This document shows positions 51,271 to 59,973 of a stretch of DNA of 59,973 bases, piece by piece; position 1 is the stretch's first letter; each line of letters begins with the position of its first letter. The notes below the pieces were generated by a model. The model worked only from the letters and a program-made list of their open reading frames with translations. It did not search any database and was not told the origin of the DNA. Where the stretch lies: assembly GCA_001751075.1 (NCBI GenBank), contig MAVP01000002.1:1-59973 (forward strand), in the 5' to 3' direction. This DNA is from Desulfobacterales bacterium S7086C20. GTDB taxonomy: Bacteria; Desulfobacterota; Desulfobacteria; Desulfobacterales; C00003060. The position numbers and the translations under genes are program-made.

Positions 51271-51519
51271 TGAAAACTCCTGCCAAGCGGGGGTCAGAGA
51301 CAATCGGCTCTGCCGCGGCGTCCTCAGTAAAAAATTGTTATATTGGTTACATTTGTTGATTTAACGATCAAGTTGCAAATACCAATAAGTTAGTTAAACA
51401 ACAAACCAATTTAACCAATCAAACTAATTGAACCAATTAAACCATTTCAATACAGAAAGATGCCCACAAACAATCCCTTTCTAGGGATGACCAAAGTCGG
51501 GCCCTCTGGACCCGGATAT

Positions 51520-53487
51520 TTACGAGACCGTTATCTTTAAACAGCCGTTTTCTTCTGTAGTGATCTTACAGCCCGGAGGCACAAAAATGGTGCATCCTTC
51601 ATCTTCAATTACAGTTGGCCCATGAGCTAGAAAGGATTGCCAGAGTTGCTTTCGTTTGTATACTGGAGCGACTTGGCGGCCGGAAGGAAGAAGGATTTTT
51701 CTCTTATCGGAAGGAGGGCTTGAATCTTGTTTCTCTATGCCGGGCAGTTTCAGCTTCTCTCTTGTTGAGATGGCCGAAAGTCTTACTGATACGATTTCTA
51801 CAGAGATGTTGTCTAGAGTGTATCCATATCGGTGCGTGAAGGCTTTGCAGAAGCTTTCGGCCATGTCAATATCTTTACTGTAAACTAGAGGCATATGAAA
51901 GCTTTGACCTTCATAGCGAAGATCCAAGAGGGGGCAAAAGCGGATTTGTTCGACTTTCAGCCCCTGGCGTTTAAAGGAGTTAATCGCCTGTTCCTTGAAC
52001 TTATCTAGCGTTTGTTCCACGTCCTGTTGTGCTGATGCGTTCCATGGAATGAGGAGGCTTTTTCCAAAGTCGAGTCTTATGTCTGAAAGAAGAATTCCTA
52101 ATGCGGAAAACATTCCAGCCAGAGGAGGGATGATGATTTCTCTTATGCCGAGGGATGTGGCAAGCTCGGCTGCATGAAGAGGGCCGGCGCCACCGAAGGC
52201 AAGAAGAGTGCAATCTCTTACATCAATACCCTTTTCTACGGTGGCTTTGCGAATCCCTTGTAACATCGTGGCATTGACGACAGACCGGACTCCCAATATC
52301 GTTTCTTCAATTGCGAGACCCGCATTCTTTGAAAGGGTGTTGAATGCCGGCCTGGACTTCTCGCAATTCAGTACTATTTTTGAGCCGGAAAAAGAGATGG
52401 GAGAGAGTAATCCTGACAGGACATTTGCGTCTGTTACAGTAGGTTCTGTGCCGCCCATATCGTAGCATGCAGGGCCTGGGTTAGAACCCGCACTTTGAGG
52501 CCCTACACGCAAGGCGCCTCCTTTATCCATCCATGCAATAGACCCTCCACCAGCTCCGACCGTAGTAATATCAAGGATGGGGATTCTGACAGGGAGAGCA
52601 TCTATTTTTCCTTCGTCCGTCCACAATGGGGCGCCTCCTATGATAGCCGAAAAGTCAGCACTTGTGCCGCCCATATCAAACGTGACCAAGTTCTTCATTT
52701 TCATATTATGGCCAAGAATAAGACTGCCGGAAACGCCACCCGCCGGCCCGGACAGGAGTAATTCCACAGGATAGATCTCTGGTGATGTCGCAACACCACC
52801 GCATGATTTCATTAGATAATAATCGCTAGGTCCTCCTGCAGCACGTATGTCCTCGCGGATATTGTTTACATAGGTGCCAACCATAGGCTGGACAAAGGCA
52901 TTAATAGTGGTGGTAGAAGCCCTTTCAAACTCTCTAAACTCGGGGATGATCTCCGAAGATCTGGAGACGGGGATTTGTTTTTTCTTAAATTCCTCTTCCA
53001 AGACTATTTCATGAATTGGATTCTTGTAGGAAAAGAGAAGGCAGATTGCTACAGCTTCTGCTCCGGCCCTAATGACCTGATCGACTAGATTGCAGGCAGC
53101 CTCTTGTGACAGCGACAAGATAATAGTCCCATCAGGAGCAAGCCGCTCAGGCGCCTCAAAACACAGGTTGTGGTTTACCAAGGGATCTACTTTAGAGCAG
53201 TCAAAATCATACAGTCTTGGCCTTTGTTGTCTGGCAATATAGAGAAGGTCTTTGAACCCTTTAGTTGTAACAAAGGCGATCTTTGCCCCTTTTCTTTCCA
53301 AAACAGCGTTAGTAGCTACGGTAGTGCCATGCGAGAAAGAGGAAATACACGGGAGGCTTCTTATGATTTCAGCTACGGCGTGATCAGGACATTTGGGTGT
53401 GGAGAGGACTTTCCAACCTCTGATCGTGCCTCCATACAGCGTAACAACATCCGTAAAAGTTCCTCCTATATCAGTGGCTACTCTCAT
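51520..53487 (-). CDS. Hydantoinase A/oxoprolinase-family protein (HyuA-like, ATP-dependent)
   Basis: 'MRVATDIGGTFTDVV', 'TFDMGGTSADFS' and 'TTVGAGGGSIAW' (ASKHA-type phosphate motifs), 655 aa. Confidence 0.9.
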   Translation of the reverse strand: MRVATDIGGTFTDVVTLYGGTIRGWKVLSTPKCPDHAVAEIIRSLPCISSFSHGTTVATNAVLERKGAKIAFVTTKGFKDLLYIARQQRPRLYDFDCSKVDPLVNHNLCFEAPERLAPDGTIILSLSQEAACNLVDQVIRAGAEAVAICLLFSYKNPIHEIVLEEEFKKKQIPVSRSSEIIPEFREFERASTTTINAFVQPMVGTYVNNIREDIRAAGGPSDYYLMKSCGGVATSPEIYPVELLLSGPAGGVSGSLILGHNMKMKNLVTFDMGGTSADFSAIIGGAPLWTDEGKIDALPVRIPILDITTVGAGGGSIAWMDKGGALRVGPQSAGSNPGPACYDMGGTEPTVTDANVLSGLLSPISFSGSKIVLNCEKSRPAFNTLSKNAGLAIEETILGVRSVVNATMLQGIRKATVEKGIDVRDCTLLAFGGAGPLHAAELATSLGIREIIIPPLAGMFSALGILLSDIRLDFGKSLLIPWNASAQQDVEQTLDKFKEQAINSFKRQGLKVEQIRFCPLLDLRYEGQSFHMPLVYSKDIDMAESFCKAFTHRYGYTLDNISVEIVSVRLSAISTREKLKLPGIEKQDSSPPSDKRKILLPSGRQVAPVYKRKQLWQSFLAHGPTVIEDEGCTIFVPPGCKITTEENGCLKITVS

Positions 53488-53543
53488 TATTCAACTGGTC
53501 GTCGAATGTAGGTGGACGGACAATGTGTCGGAAGGTTGCTGAT

Positions 53544-54047
53544 TTAGACTTGATTTTCTCGTTTCTTTTTCTCCTTATAGCGAGCCCTTAGTTCCTTACG
53601 TCGTTGTGCCCTGGTCTTGCCTTCTTGGAACCGCCTTTTTTCCTCGCTTGATTCAGGCATGATTTCTGGGACCCTGGCAGGTTTCCTGTTTTCGTCCAGA
53701 GATACCATTGTAAGATATGCCGAGCTGGTATGGCGTATATTTCCAGTCATCAGATCCTCGGCTTCAACCCTGACTCCCACTTCTATGGATGTGCTTCCCG
53801 AATAGTTTATTGCCGCACGAAGGATGAGCAACTCGCCAATAAATACAGGTTCGTAAAAATCGAGTCTATCCATAGAGGCCGTGACAACATTGGTTCGGCA
53901 ATGGCGTGTGGCTACAATCCCTGCTGCCGTATCAATGAGCTTCATAATGCTTCCACCATGGACATTGCCTGCCTGGTTTGCATCTGGGGGAAACATGACC
54001 TGAGCCATTTGAACCTTAGACTCAGATATTCTCTTTTGGTGTGCCAT
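53544..54047 (-). CDS. Acyl-CoA thioesterase (hotdog fold, YciA-like)
   Basis: 'MFPPDANQAGNVHGGSIMKLIDTAAGIVATRH' followed by a basic C-terminal tail. Confidence 0.8.
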   Translation of the reverse strand: MAHQKRISESKVQMAQVMFPPDANQAGNVHGGSIMKLIDTAAGIVATRHCRTNVVTASMDRLDFYEPVFIGELLILRAAINYSGSTSIEVGVRVEAEDLMTGNIRHTSSAYLTMVSLDENRKPARVPEIMPESSEEKRRFQEGKTRAQRRKELRARYKEKKKRENQV

Positions 54048-54210
54048 CTTCTTTTACCTCGTAGTTCCTGGATTCCGCTATACCTGCAATGGAAGATAAG
54101 CAAGTAGAGTTGCCGAGTCAACAAAAAAAGTTTGTACACTATGGCAAATGTTTCGCTCAATTATTGAGTCGTTGGCCTATTTGTGATAGATACTCATAGA
54201 GGGAAATGTT

Positions 54211-54522
54211 ATGAAAAAAGGTTTCATTTTATTTTTAGTATTGATGGGCCTTGTTTTGGGCTATTGGATGGCGCGGGAGAACAGGGAGCTTTTTGAACTT
54301 CCACATGACTCAGGCTCGTCTCAGGATCAAGTTCTGCACGGAACAATAGATGTGAGGGAACTAGAACGTGGAATGGATACATGGCAGGTAAAAGAACTTT
54401 TTGGTTCTCCTGATGCAAGGCGTGTGCTTGCTGATACCGGGGAAACAAAGAAGGAAGAATGGAAGTATGGTGAAAGGTACCTCTATTTTAGGGACGGGTT
54501 CCTTTCATCCTGGAAGGAGTAA
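54211..54522 (+). CDS. Small exported protein, BamE/SmpA-OmlA-like (tentative)
   Basis: N-terminal hydrophobic segment and 'RGMDTWQVKELFGSPD', which resembles the BamE 'GMTxxQVxxLLGxP' motif. Confidence 0.45.
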   Translation: MKKGFILFLVLMGLVLGYWMARENRELFELPHDSGSSQDQVLHGTIDVRELERGMDTWQVKELFGSPDARRVLADTGETKKEEWKYGERYLYFRDGFLSSWKE

Positions 54523-54528
54523 AACATT

Positions 54529-55896
54529 ATGAGAAATATAATGGAAAGGGCCTTGCGGAAAAGCAAAGCCGAATATACGGAAATCAGGATTGAAAGTGTG
54601 GTTTCCTCTTGGGTGAATTTTAGAGGACAAGAACTCGATAGCATTGGTTCATCCAAGATATTGGGGGGAATAGTAAGGGCTCTTTTTAAAGGTGGTTGGG
54701 GTTATGCAACATTTAACGATCTTGGTGATCTTGACCTCAGAGTGGTAGAGGCCTTTGAATCTGCTAGGTTAGTTGGAAGAGGAGAAAGTGAACTTGCTGA
54801 AGTGGTCCCTGTGGTTGATGAGATAGAGGCAAGCCTGGAAAAGGATTTTCGTCAAATCCCCTTGTCTGCCAAAGAGGGGGTCATTGAGGAGTACAACACG
54901 ATTATCCTCGAATATGATAACAAGGTTGAAACATCGAATGTTGGCTACAGAGACAGTTTCAGAAAGATTTGGTATGTAAATTCGGAGGGGGCTTATATTG
55001 AGGATGAGCGGCCTGATGTAGGTGTTGTGATGTCGGCCATGGCCAGGGAAGGGGCCAATATCCAGCAGGGTTTTGAAAGTGTTGCCGGAGGTGCAGGGTT
55101 TCAGATTGTGGAAGGCTTGCAGGAAAAGGCGGAAACTGCGGCCAAGCGTGCTGTGGAGTTACTCACGGCGCCGCCTGTTACCGGGGGCAAGTACCCCGTA
55201 GTGATAAACCCAAAGTTAGCGGGGGTTTTTGCGCATGAGGCCTTTGGTCATTTAAGTGAATCTGACTTTGTCTATGAAAATGAGCGAATAAAGGATCTGA
55301 TGGTACTCGGAAGGCAAGTAGCTTCTGAAAAGGTGAGTATCATTGACGATGGCACCATCCCAGGCCTTAGGGGTACACATAGGTATGATGACGAAGGTGT
55401 TAAAACCAGAAAGAATTACTTGATAAAGGACGGCATTCTAGTGGGTAGGCTCCATTCTCGGGAGACTGCCCGGAAAATGGGTGAAGAACCTACGGGTAAT
55501 GCCAGGGCTATCAGTTACCAACATCAACCCATTATTCGCATGACCAACACCTACATTGATAAAGGAAGTGCCTCTTTTGAAGATATGACAAGAGATGTCA
55601 AATTGGGACTTTATGCCGTTGACATGGTTGGCGGTCAGACGTCTATGGAAATGTTCACGTTCAGCGCTGCCTATGGTTACATGATCAGAGATGGGAAGTT
55701 GGCTGAATGTGTCAGGGACGTGGTTCTTACGGGAAACGTATTTGAGACATTGATGCATATTGATATGGTGGGTGATACCGTTGAATATCCGCCGGCAGGA
55801 GGTGGTTGTGGGAAAGACGGACAATCACCTCTGCCTGTAGGGTTTGGAGGTCCCTATGTCCGCATCCAGGACGTAGTGGTGGGAGGAAGGTCATAA
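54529..55896 (+). CDS. tldD: Metalloprotease TldD
   Basis: 'AGVFAHEAFGHLSESD' (HExxxH-type motif) and 'GGCGKDGQ', 455 aa, followed by pmbA. Confidence 0.92.
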   Translation: MRNIMERALRKSKAEYTEIRIESVVSSWVNFRGQELDSIGSSKILGGIVRALFKGGWGYATFNDLGDLDLRVVEAFESARLVGRGESELAEVVPVVDEIEASLEKDFRQIPLSAKEGVIEEYNTIILEYDNKVETSNVGYRDSFRKIWYVNSEGAYIEDERPDVGVVMSAMAREGANIQQGFESVAGGAGFQIVEGLQEKAETAAKRAVELLTAPPVTGGKYPVVINPKLAGVFAHEAFGHLSESDFVYENERIKDLMVLGRQVASEKVSIIDDGTIPGLRGTHRYDDEGVKTRKNYLIKDGILVGRLHSRETARKMGEEPTGNARAISYQHQPIIRMTNTYIDKGSASFEDMTRDVKLGLYAVDMVGGQTSMEMFTFSAAYGYMIRDGKLAECVRDVVLTGNVFETLMHIDMVGDTVEYPPAGGGCGKDGQSPLPVGFGGPYVRIQDVVVGGRS

Positions 55897-57179
55897 TGGC
55901 GGTAGATCAGTTGATAGAAAAGGCGATGAAAAAGGCTCAGGGCGCTCAGGCTTCCCTGGTTCAAAGCGAAACTACTAATGTATCCTTTGAAAATGATAAG
56001 CTCAAATTTGTAAAATCTTCGCAGAGTACGGCAATGAGCATAAAGGTCATTGTGAACGGGAAGATCGGTTCATCTCATACCACCGATATAGATGATGTGG
56101 ATGGGGTTGTGGAAAGGGCTTTGGAAGCTGCGGCCTTTGGAAGCCCGGCACATTTTGAATTTCCAGGGCCGCAAAAAGCCCGTGAGGTGGCGGTTTATGA
56201 CAGTGCCGTATTGCCTGTTACCAAAGAGCAAATGGTAGATATCGGCGAGGAAATGATGACGCTGGTAAAAGAGTATAACCAAGATATCCTTCTTAGCGCA
56301 GGCGTAAGCAAGAGTGTTGGCAAGAGGGAATTTGCAAACTCGGCTGGTGCAAAACATGTTTCGGAAGGCACTAGTTTCAGCGCCGGCATCCAGGGTCAAC
56401 TGGTGAGAGGCACTGACATCCTTTGGGCTGGAGATTCTTTTGGTTGGAAAAAGCGCGAGATTGACCACGTAGCCATCGCCCGAAAAACTATTAAGTTATT
56501 TCGGATGGCAGAAAAGATTGTTCCTATCGACTCAGGTGGTCTTCCAGTCATCTTTGCTCCTGAAGGCGTGAATGTGCTTTTGCTTGCTCTAAATCTGGGC
56601 CTTAACGGGAAAAACGTGTTTCTTGGTTCATCCCCCCTTGCAGGGAAGGTGGGGGAAAGGATTGCAGACAGAAGGTTTTCTATTATAGATGATCCACTCA
56701 TTGATTATGCAAGCGCAAGTGGTAGATTTGATGGAGAAGGTGTGCCACACCAGACTACACCACTTGTTGAAGATGGCATACTGAAAAGCTTTCTCTATGA
56801 TCTCGATACCGCAGGTAGGGCAGGGTCGAAAACCACCGGCAACGGTGTTGGCTGTAATCCGACAAACCTGGTTATCAATGGGGGTGACACCCCATATGAG
56901 GATATGATAAAAAGCACCAAGGAAGGTCTCATCGTTTATGATGTGCTTGGTTTGGGGCAGGGGAATCCGATTAGCGGTGAGTTTTCAGTCAATGTCCAAT
57001 TGGGCTACAAGATAGAAAATGGTATTGTGGTAGGCCGGGTAAAGGACGTTATGTTGGCGGGAAACACCTATGAGGCCCTCAGGGATATTGTCGCCATTGG
57101 TGACAAGGCCGAGTGGGCTGGTGGTTCGCTGATTGTCCCGCCAATACAGATTGGAACGCTGAGTGTGGTTGGGGGGTAG
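55896..57179 (+). CDS. pmbA: TldD partner protein PmbA/TldE
   Basis: PmbA_TldD-family layout ('FENDKLKFVKSSQSTAMSIKVIVNGKIGSSHT', 'GEFSVNVQLGYKIENG'). The ATG at 55896 overlaps the tldD stop (TAATG). Confidence 0.88.
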   Translation: MAVDQLIEKAMKKAQGAQASLVQSETTNVSFENDKLKFVKSSQSTAMSIKVIVNGKIGSSHTTDIDDVDGVVERALEAAAFGSPAHFEFPGPQKAREVAVYDSAVLPVTKEQMVDIGEEMMTLVKEYNQDILLSAGVSKSVGKREFANSAGAKHVSEGTSFSAGIQGQLVRGTDILWAGDSFGWKKREIDHVAIARKTIKLFRMAEKIVPIDSGGLPVIFAPEGVNVLLLALNLGLNGKNVFLGSSPLAGKVGERIADRRFSIIDDPLIDYASASGRFDGEGVPHQTTPLVEDGILKSFLYDLDTAGRAGSKTTGNGVGCNPTNLVINGGDTPYEDMIKSTKEGLIVYDVLGLGQGNPISGEFSVNVQLGYKIENGIVVGRVKDVMLAGNTYEALRDIVAIGDKAEWAGGSLIVPPIQIGTLSVVGG

Positions 57180-57456
57180 GCTATAGGGTTGCAGTGCTTG
57201 TCATGAAGTTTTAGTGATGTCTTTTTTTTCAAGTGGTATGAGTAGATTGTAATGGCAGGCCTGTCTTGTCGGCTGGATTATCCGGATGCAAGGCGCGCGT
57301 ACTGTCCTCAAGCCACTTCAGTGGCGCTATCTTGAGGAATGAGGCGTACTTACCGTACGTCGCAATGACGAAAGATGAAGCGCAACGCCGCAGATGGATT
57401 TTTTACGAAGTTGTCAAGGTTGTCGTGGTTTTGATGGACCGGCAGGAAGGATGCTG

Positions 57457-58368
57457 ATGAAGGGCGCATTGTTCGAAATGTTGCTGGGTGTTTTGATGGT
57501 TTGTATGATGACCTCTGATTCATCCTGGGCCGGACAGGTGGTTACTGATGAGCTGAGGGTATGGGCAAAAGAGGCGGTAGGACAAGAAAAGAATCTTGAT
57601 ACTGTCACTCAGTCCAATACGTTGGCAGTCCTTTATTTCCATAATAAGACAGGCTGGTCAAAACTGGATTTAATACAAAAAGGACTTAGCCTGATGCTCA
57701 TTACCGATCTTTCGAAGATAAAAGAGATTCAATTAGTGGAGAGAGTAAAAATGCAGGCCCTGGTAGAGGAACTCGGCCTCAGTGTCTCCGGATTGGTTTC
57801 ACTGGATAAGGCGCCCCGTGTGGGAAGGCTTCTTGGCGCCAAGCTGCTCGTAGGAGGAAATATTGTAAGAAGCAAGGATAATCTGTTTCAGTTAAAGTCG
57901 GATCTTTTGAACGTGCCGACTGAAAGCCTATTGGGTAACCCTTTGGTGGAAGGAAAACTTTTGGCGGAGTTGTTTCGGATGGAAAAGGACCTCCTTTTTA
58001 AGATTATTGAGTTGCTGAGAATCAAGCTTACCCCTAAGTTAAAAATAGAATTAGAAAGACCTCTTACGACCAGCATTGAGGCTGTGTTATATCTCTTTAA
58101 GGGAATCGAAGATGCCGATCAGGAAAATTATGATGAGGCAACAAAGTCTTTTAGTGACGCACTAAAGCAAGATCCCGGCCTTACCACGGCTATAATGGGA
58201 ATCAGAGAGATCTATAAAACGAAGGAAGGAGGATTCAAACCTGCAACCGGCCAATGGCGAATCCCGCGGAGTCCGAAAGAAGCGTTGAAGAATTCTTGCG
58301 GAAAGCCCAACAAGCCCTGCGCTGCAGAACGTAACAAGATACTAAAAAGTCTTCCCAGAGGCTTTTGA
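57457..58368 (+). CDS. Exported CsgG/LpoB-like-domain protein with a C-terminal TPR-like segment
   Basis: Signal 'LLGVLMVCMMTSDSSWA', then 'LAVLYFHNKTGWSKLDLIQKGLSLMLITDLSKIKEIQLVERVKMQALVEELGLSVSGLV..APRVGRLLGAKLLVGG'. The ATG at 57457 has a GGAAGG RBS. Confidence 0.6.
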   Translation: MKGALFEMLLGVLMVCMMTSDSSWAGQVVTDELRVWAKEAVGQEKNLDTVTQSNTLAVLYFHNKTGWSKLDLIQKGLSLMLITDLSKIKEIQLVERVKMQALVEELGLSVSGLVSLDKAPRVGRLLGAKLLVGGNIVRSKDNLFQLKSDLLNVPTESLLGNPLVEGKLLAELFRMEKDLLFKIIELLRIKLTPKLKIELERPLTTSIEAVLYLFKGIEDADQENYDEATKSFSDALKQDPGLTTAIMGIREIYKTKEGGFKPATGQWRIPRSPKEALKNSCGKPNKPCAAERNKILKSLPRGF

Positions 58369-58388
58369 TAAGAGATAAAGCCTGCTCT

Positions 58389-58898
58389 TTATGGAACTAG
58401 TTCCGAGGCGGCTTCCTGTGCAGCCTTTAACCATCCCTGCAAATCGGTGCCTGGAGTAGTCCTCTGGGTTGCCTTAATGATTTTGCCTGTTTCCACATCG
58501 ACTAATCGCAAGTCTAGACGCATGATTTCCGCAATAACCTGATACCCGCCAAAGATCATGAATCGTGCCCCCACCATGTTACCTATCCGCAGTCGGGTAG
58601 ATTCGTCCGCCAATGACGTGGTTGCCAGATTAAGCTCTTCCAGGGCAAGGAGTAGGCGCTGCCGTTCGACGACCGGGTAGCTTTCAAGTGATTTGATTGT
58701 CTCAATTATCTTGGTGGACAGCAGTTCACCCAGGTCAAGCCGGCTATATTCCGCAGGGGTTAAGTTCTCTAGATTCCAAACAGCTATAGCCCCTTTTGTA
58801 TAAACGGCGCCTTTGGTGCGAATGGTCGCTTTGCCACAACAGGCAAGGAAGACAGTGGCAACAATTAAGGAAACCCAAAAAGCTCTGTTGTCCGGCAT
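58389..58898 (-). CDS. CsgG/LpoB-like lipoprotein
   Basis: Lipobox 'VFLACC', then 'IAVWNLENLTP..LGELLSTKIIETIKSLESYPVVERQRLLLALEELNLATTSLADESTRLRIGNMVGARFMIFGG'. Confidence 0.6.
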   Translation of the reverse strand: MPDNRAFWVSLIVATVFLACCGKATIRTKGAVYTKGAIAVWNLENLTPAEYSRLDLGELLSTKIIETIKSLESYPVVERQRLLLALEELNLATTSLADESTRLRIGNMVGARFMIFGGYQVIAEIMRLDLRLVDVETGKIIKATQRTTPGTDLQGWLKAAQEAASELVP

Positions 58899-58900
58899 TC

Positions 58901-59973
58901 TTATTTCCCCGATGTGATACTGGCGATAAGATCTAAAAGCTTTTCTTTAACCTTATCGTCCGGTCTGATGGTCCTCTTCGAATTTAAAATACGGGCGTAA
59001 GAAAGATCGGGTTCAACTCGAATAATCTCAATTTGTGCAATAGATTTTGGTGCACTGTGCAGTAGTTTGCCCTTATATTTGATCGGTTCTTGTTCCTCAA
59101 TGACTTCAAACCTTGTGCCCAAAACAATACCTTGCTTTATGCCAAGATTTATCATCGCTTCATCTCCTGAAACCCGTACCACATATCCCTTTAAGGGGTA
59201 CTTTGCCATGATGCTTTTCAGGAGTGATCTGTTCAATTCGTTCAGTTCTTTTTCCAAAGATACTCCCAGAGCCAATTGTTTGGTAACAACCTTAGGTATA
59301 GCCGATGTCTCCGTATCTATGAGCCTCATACTCAATAGCGTACCATTGGGCAGATAGAAAAGTGAGCCTGTTCCTATCAGTTTTGCAGCAAGGACCTTGC
59401 CGAGTTTCAGGGCTGTCTCAGGATCTGCTAAATCTGAGGATCCAAGATTCAATTCTTCCAAAAGCCGTTCCACGAGGACACGTTCAACCACTTTGACCCT
59501 GCCCGAGGCATTGAGTTTGTCTGCAAGCTGGGTGGTTAGAACAGTAGAAAGACCATCTCTTTGTGCCAGCCCTCCCTTTTCTTGAAAATCGACGAAGGAC
59601 AAGACCATGGGCCTGGATGTCCAGGCGTCTTCGGATTTTTTGTTTGAACTTTTCTGGCTATGATATCGTGAGGCAAGTTCCTTGACTAACTTGTCTATCC
59701 GTTTCTTTTGTGCAACGTCTTTCTGGAAGGTAAGCATCTCCTCGGCCTTTCTGGCCAGTACGGTTGCGAATGTGTCGTTTCTGTCAAGGTTTAAGACTTT
59801 GCGGTAGGCTGTCAGGGCATCATTCCACCTGCCTTCCTTTTCATACGTAACTCCCTTGTTAGACGTGGCCTCTATGTAATATGGATCTATTTCTATTGCC
59901 TGGTCGTAGAGCTCTCTGGCTCGATCGTACTTTTGGGCGCCGGAATGAAGTCGGCCAAGCTGGTTATATGCAA
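58901..59973 (-). CDS. TPR plus CsgG/LpoB-like-domain protein, N-terminus outside the window
   Basis: The ORF track starts at the Met at 59737, but I translated the frame and it stays open to 59973 with TPR-like sequence ('AYNQLGRLHSGAQKYDRARELYDQAIEIDPYYIEATSNKGVTYEKEGRWNDALTAYRKVL'). The C-terminal part reads 'LSFVDFQEKGG..LSTVLTTQLADKLNASGRVKVVERVLVERLLEELNLGSSDLADPETALKLGKVLAAKLIGTG'. Confidence 0.65.
   Translation of the reverse strand, partial: AYNQLGRLHSGAQKYDRARELYDQAIEIDPYYIEATSNKGVTYEKEGRWNDALTAYRKVLNLDRNDTFATVLARKAEEMLTFQKDVAQKKRIDKLVKELASRYHSQKSSNKKSEDAWTSRPMVLSFVDFQEKGGLAQRDGLSTVLTTQLADKLNASGRVKVVERVLVERLLEELNLGSSDLADPETALKLGKVLAAKLIGTGSLFYLPNGTLLSMRLIDTETSAIPKVVTKQLALGVSLEKELNELNRSLLKSIMAKYPLKGYVVRVSGDEAMINLGIKQGIVLGTRFEVIEEQEPIKYKGKLLHSAPKSIAQIEIIRVEPDLSYARILNSKRTIRPDDKVKEKLLDLIASITSGK

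Noticed and set aside
51342-51445. Whether the iterated heptamers could be a CRISPR array or a minisatellite
   Set aside because: The units are only 6-7 bp long with irregular spacing of 2-16 bp. There is no repeat-spacer periodicity and there are no cas genes. They are kept only as a possible regulatory repeat cluster.
49176-53487. The HNH endonuclease together with the hydantoinase-family genes as a defence or novel enzymatic system
   Set aside because: The genes are on opposite strands in convergent orientation, with no shared regulation evident. The thioesterase-hyuA-hyuB set looks like an ordinary metabolic operon.
57305-57338. A nested hairpin, TCCTCAAG-(CCACT-TC-AGTGG)-CGCTAT-CTTGAGGA, in the GC-rich 277-bp leader upstream of the CsgG-like gene, considered as a possible riboswitch or sRNA
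   Set aside because: It matches no riboswitch consensus I can recall (for example c-di-GMP classes I and II), and it is a single isolated stem. It would be worth an Rfam scan, but the sequence alone does not support a call.
1-59973. A search for tRNA, rRNA, tmRNA, CRISPR arrays, integrase or transposase genes and prophage signatures
   Set aside because: Reading both strands, I found no cloverleaf-like or rRNA-like sequence, no repeat-spacer array, and no ORF with DDE, tyrosine-recombinase or serine-recombinase motifs. Mobile DNA is represented only by the non-autonomous TIR elements.

Overview
Most of the window (about 11.1-48.6 kb) is one nearly complete flagellar and motility regulon, all on the + strand. 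The gene blocks are flgBC-fliEFGHIJ-motE-like, fliK-flgDE, motA plus two motB-type genes, fliLMNOPQR-flhBA-flhF-flhG-fliA, a five-gene block after fliA, flgFGAHI-flgJ(rod-binding)-flgN-flgKL, and csrA-fliW. Gene content and the sigma54 dependence fit a Desulfobacterota/deltaproteobacterial organism; that is an inference and I cannot name the species. No flagellin, fliD, fliS or recognisable flgM lies in the window. Upstream (0-11 kb) is a signalling block: a GAF/HD-GYP phosphodiesterase, a PilZ protein, a soluble histidine kinase, an HTH-PAS protein, two NtrC-type sigma54 activators and a large AMIN/TPR protein. Downstream (48.8-60 kb) are a small Cys-rich ORF, an HNH endonuclease, a thioesterase-hyuA-hyuB operon (- strand), a BamE-like gene, tldD-pmbA, and three CsgG/LpoB-like lipoprotein-domain genes with TPR parts. 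I found no rRNA, tRNA, CRISPR array or intact transposase. The observations I consider most worth following up are: (1) a family of TAA-flanked elements with terminal inverted repeats sitting at or next to stop codons at five loci, one of them a 17-bp version made of the ends only; (2) six near-consensus sigma54 -24/-12 promoters, two of them preceded by a shared CGTCA-N6-TGACAG dyad; (3) a MotB paralog between motA and a canonical motB that has Ser in place of the essential ion-binding Asp; (4) the block after fliA, containing a second FliL-like protein, a very basic 78-aa ORF, a membrane-anchored HTH protein, a second FliK-type protein and an FlhB C-terminal fragment homolog; (5) a sigma54-driven PilZ/HD-GYP module next to the flagellar genes. 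All protein calls rest on motifs I recognised by eye in the ORF-track translations, and no database search was run.
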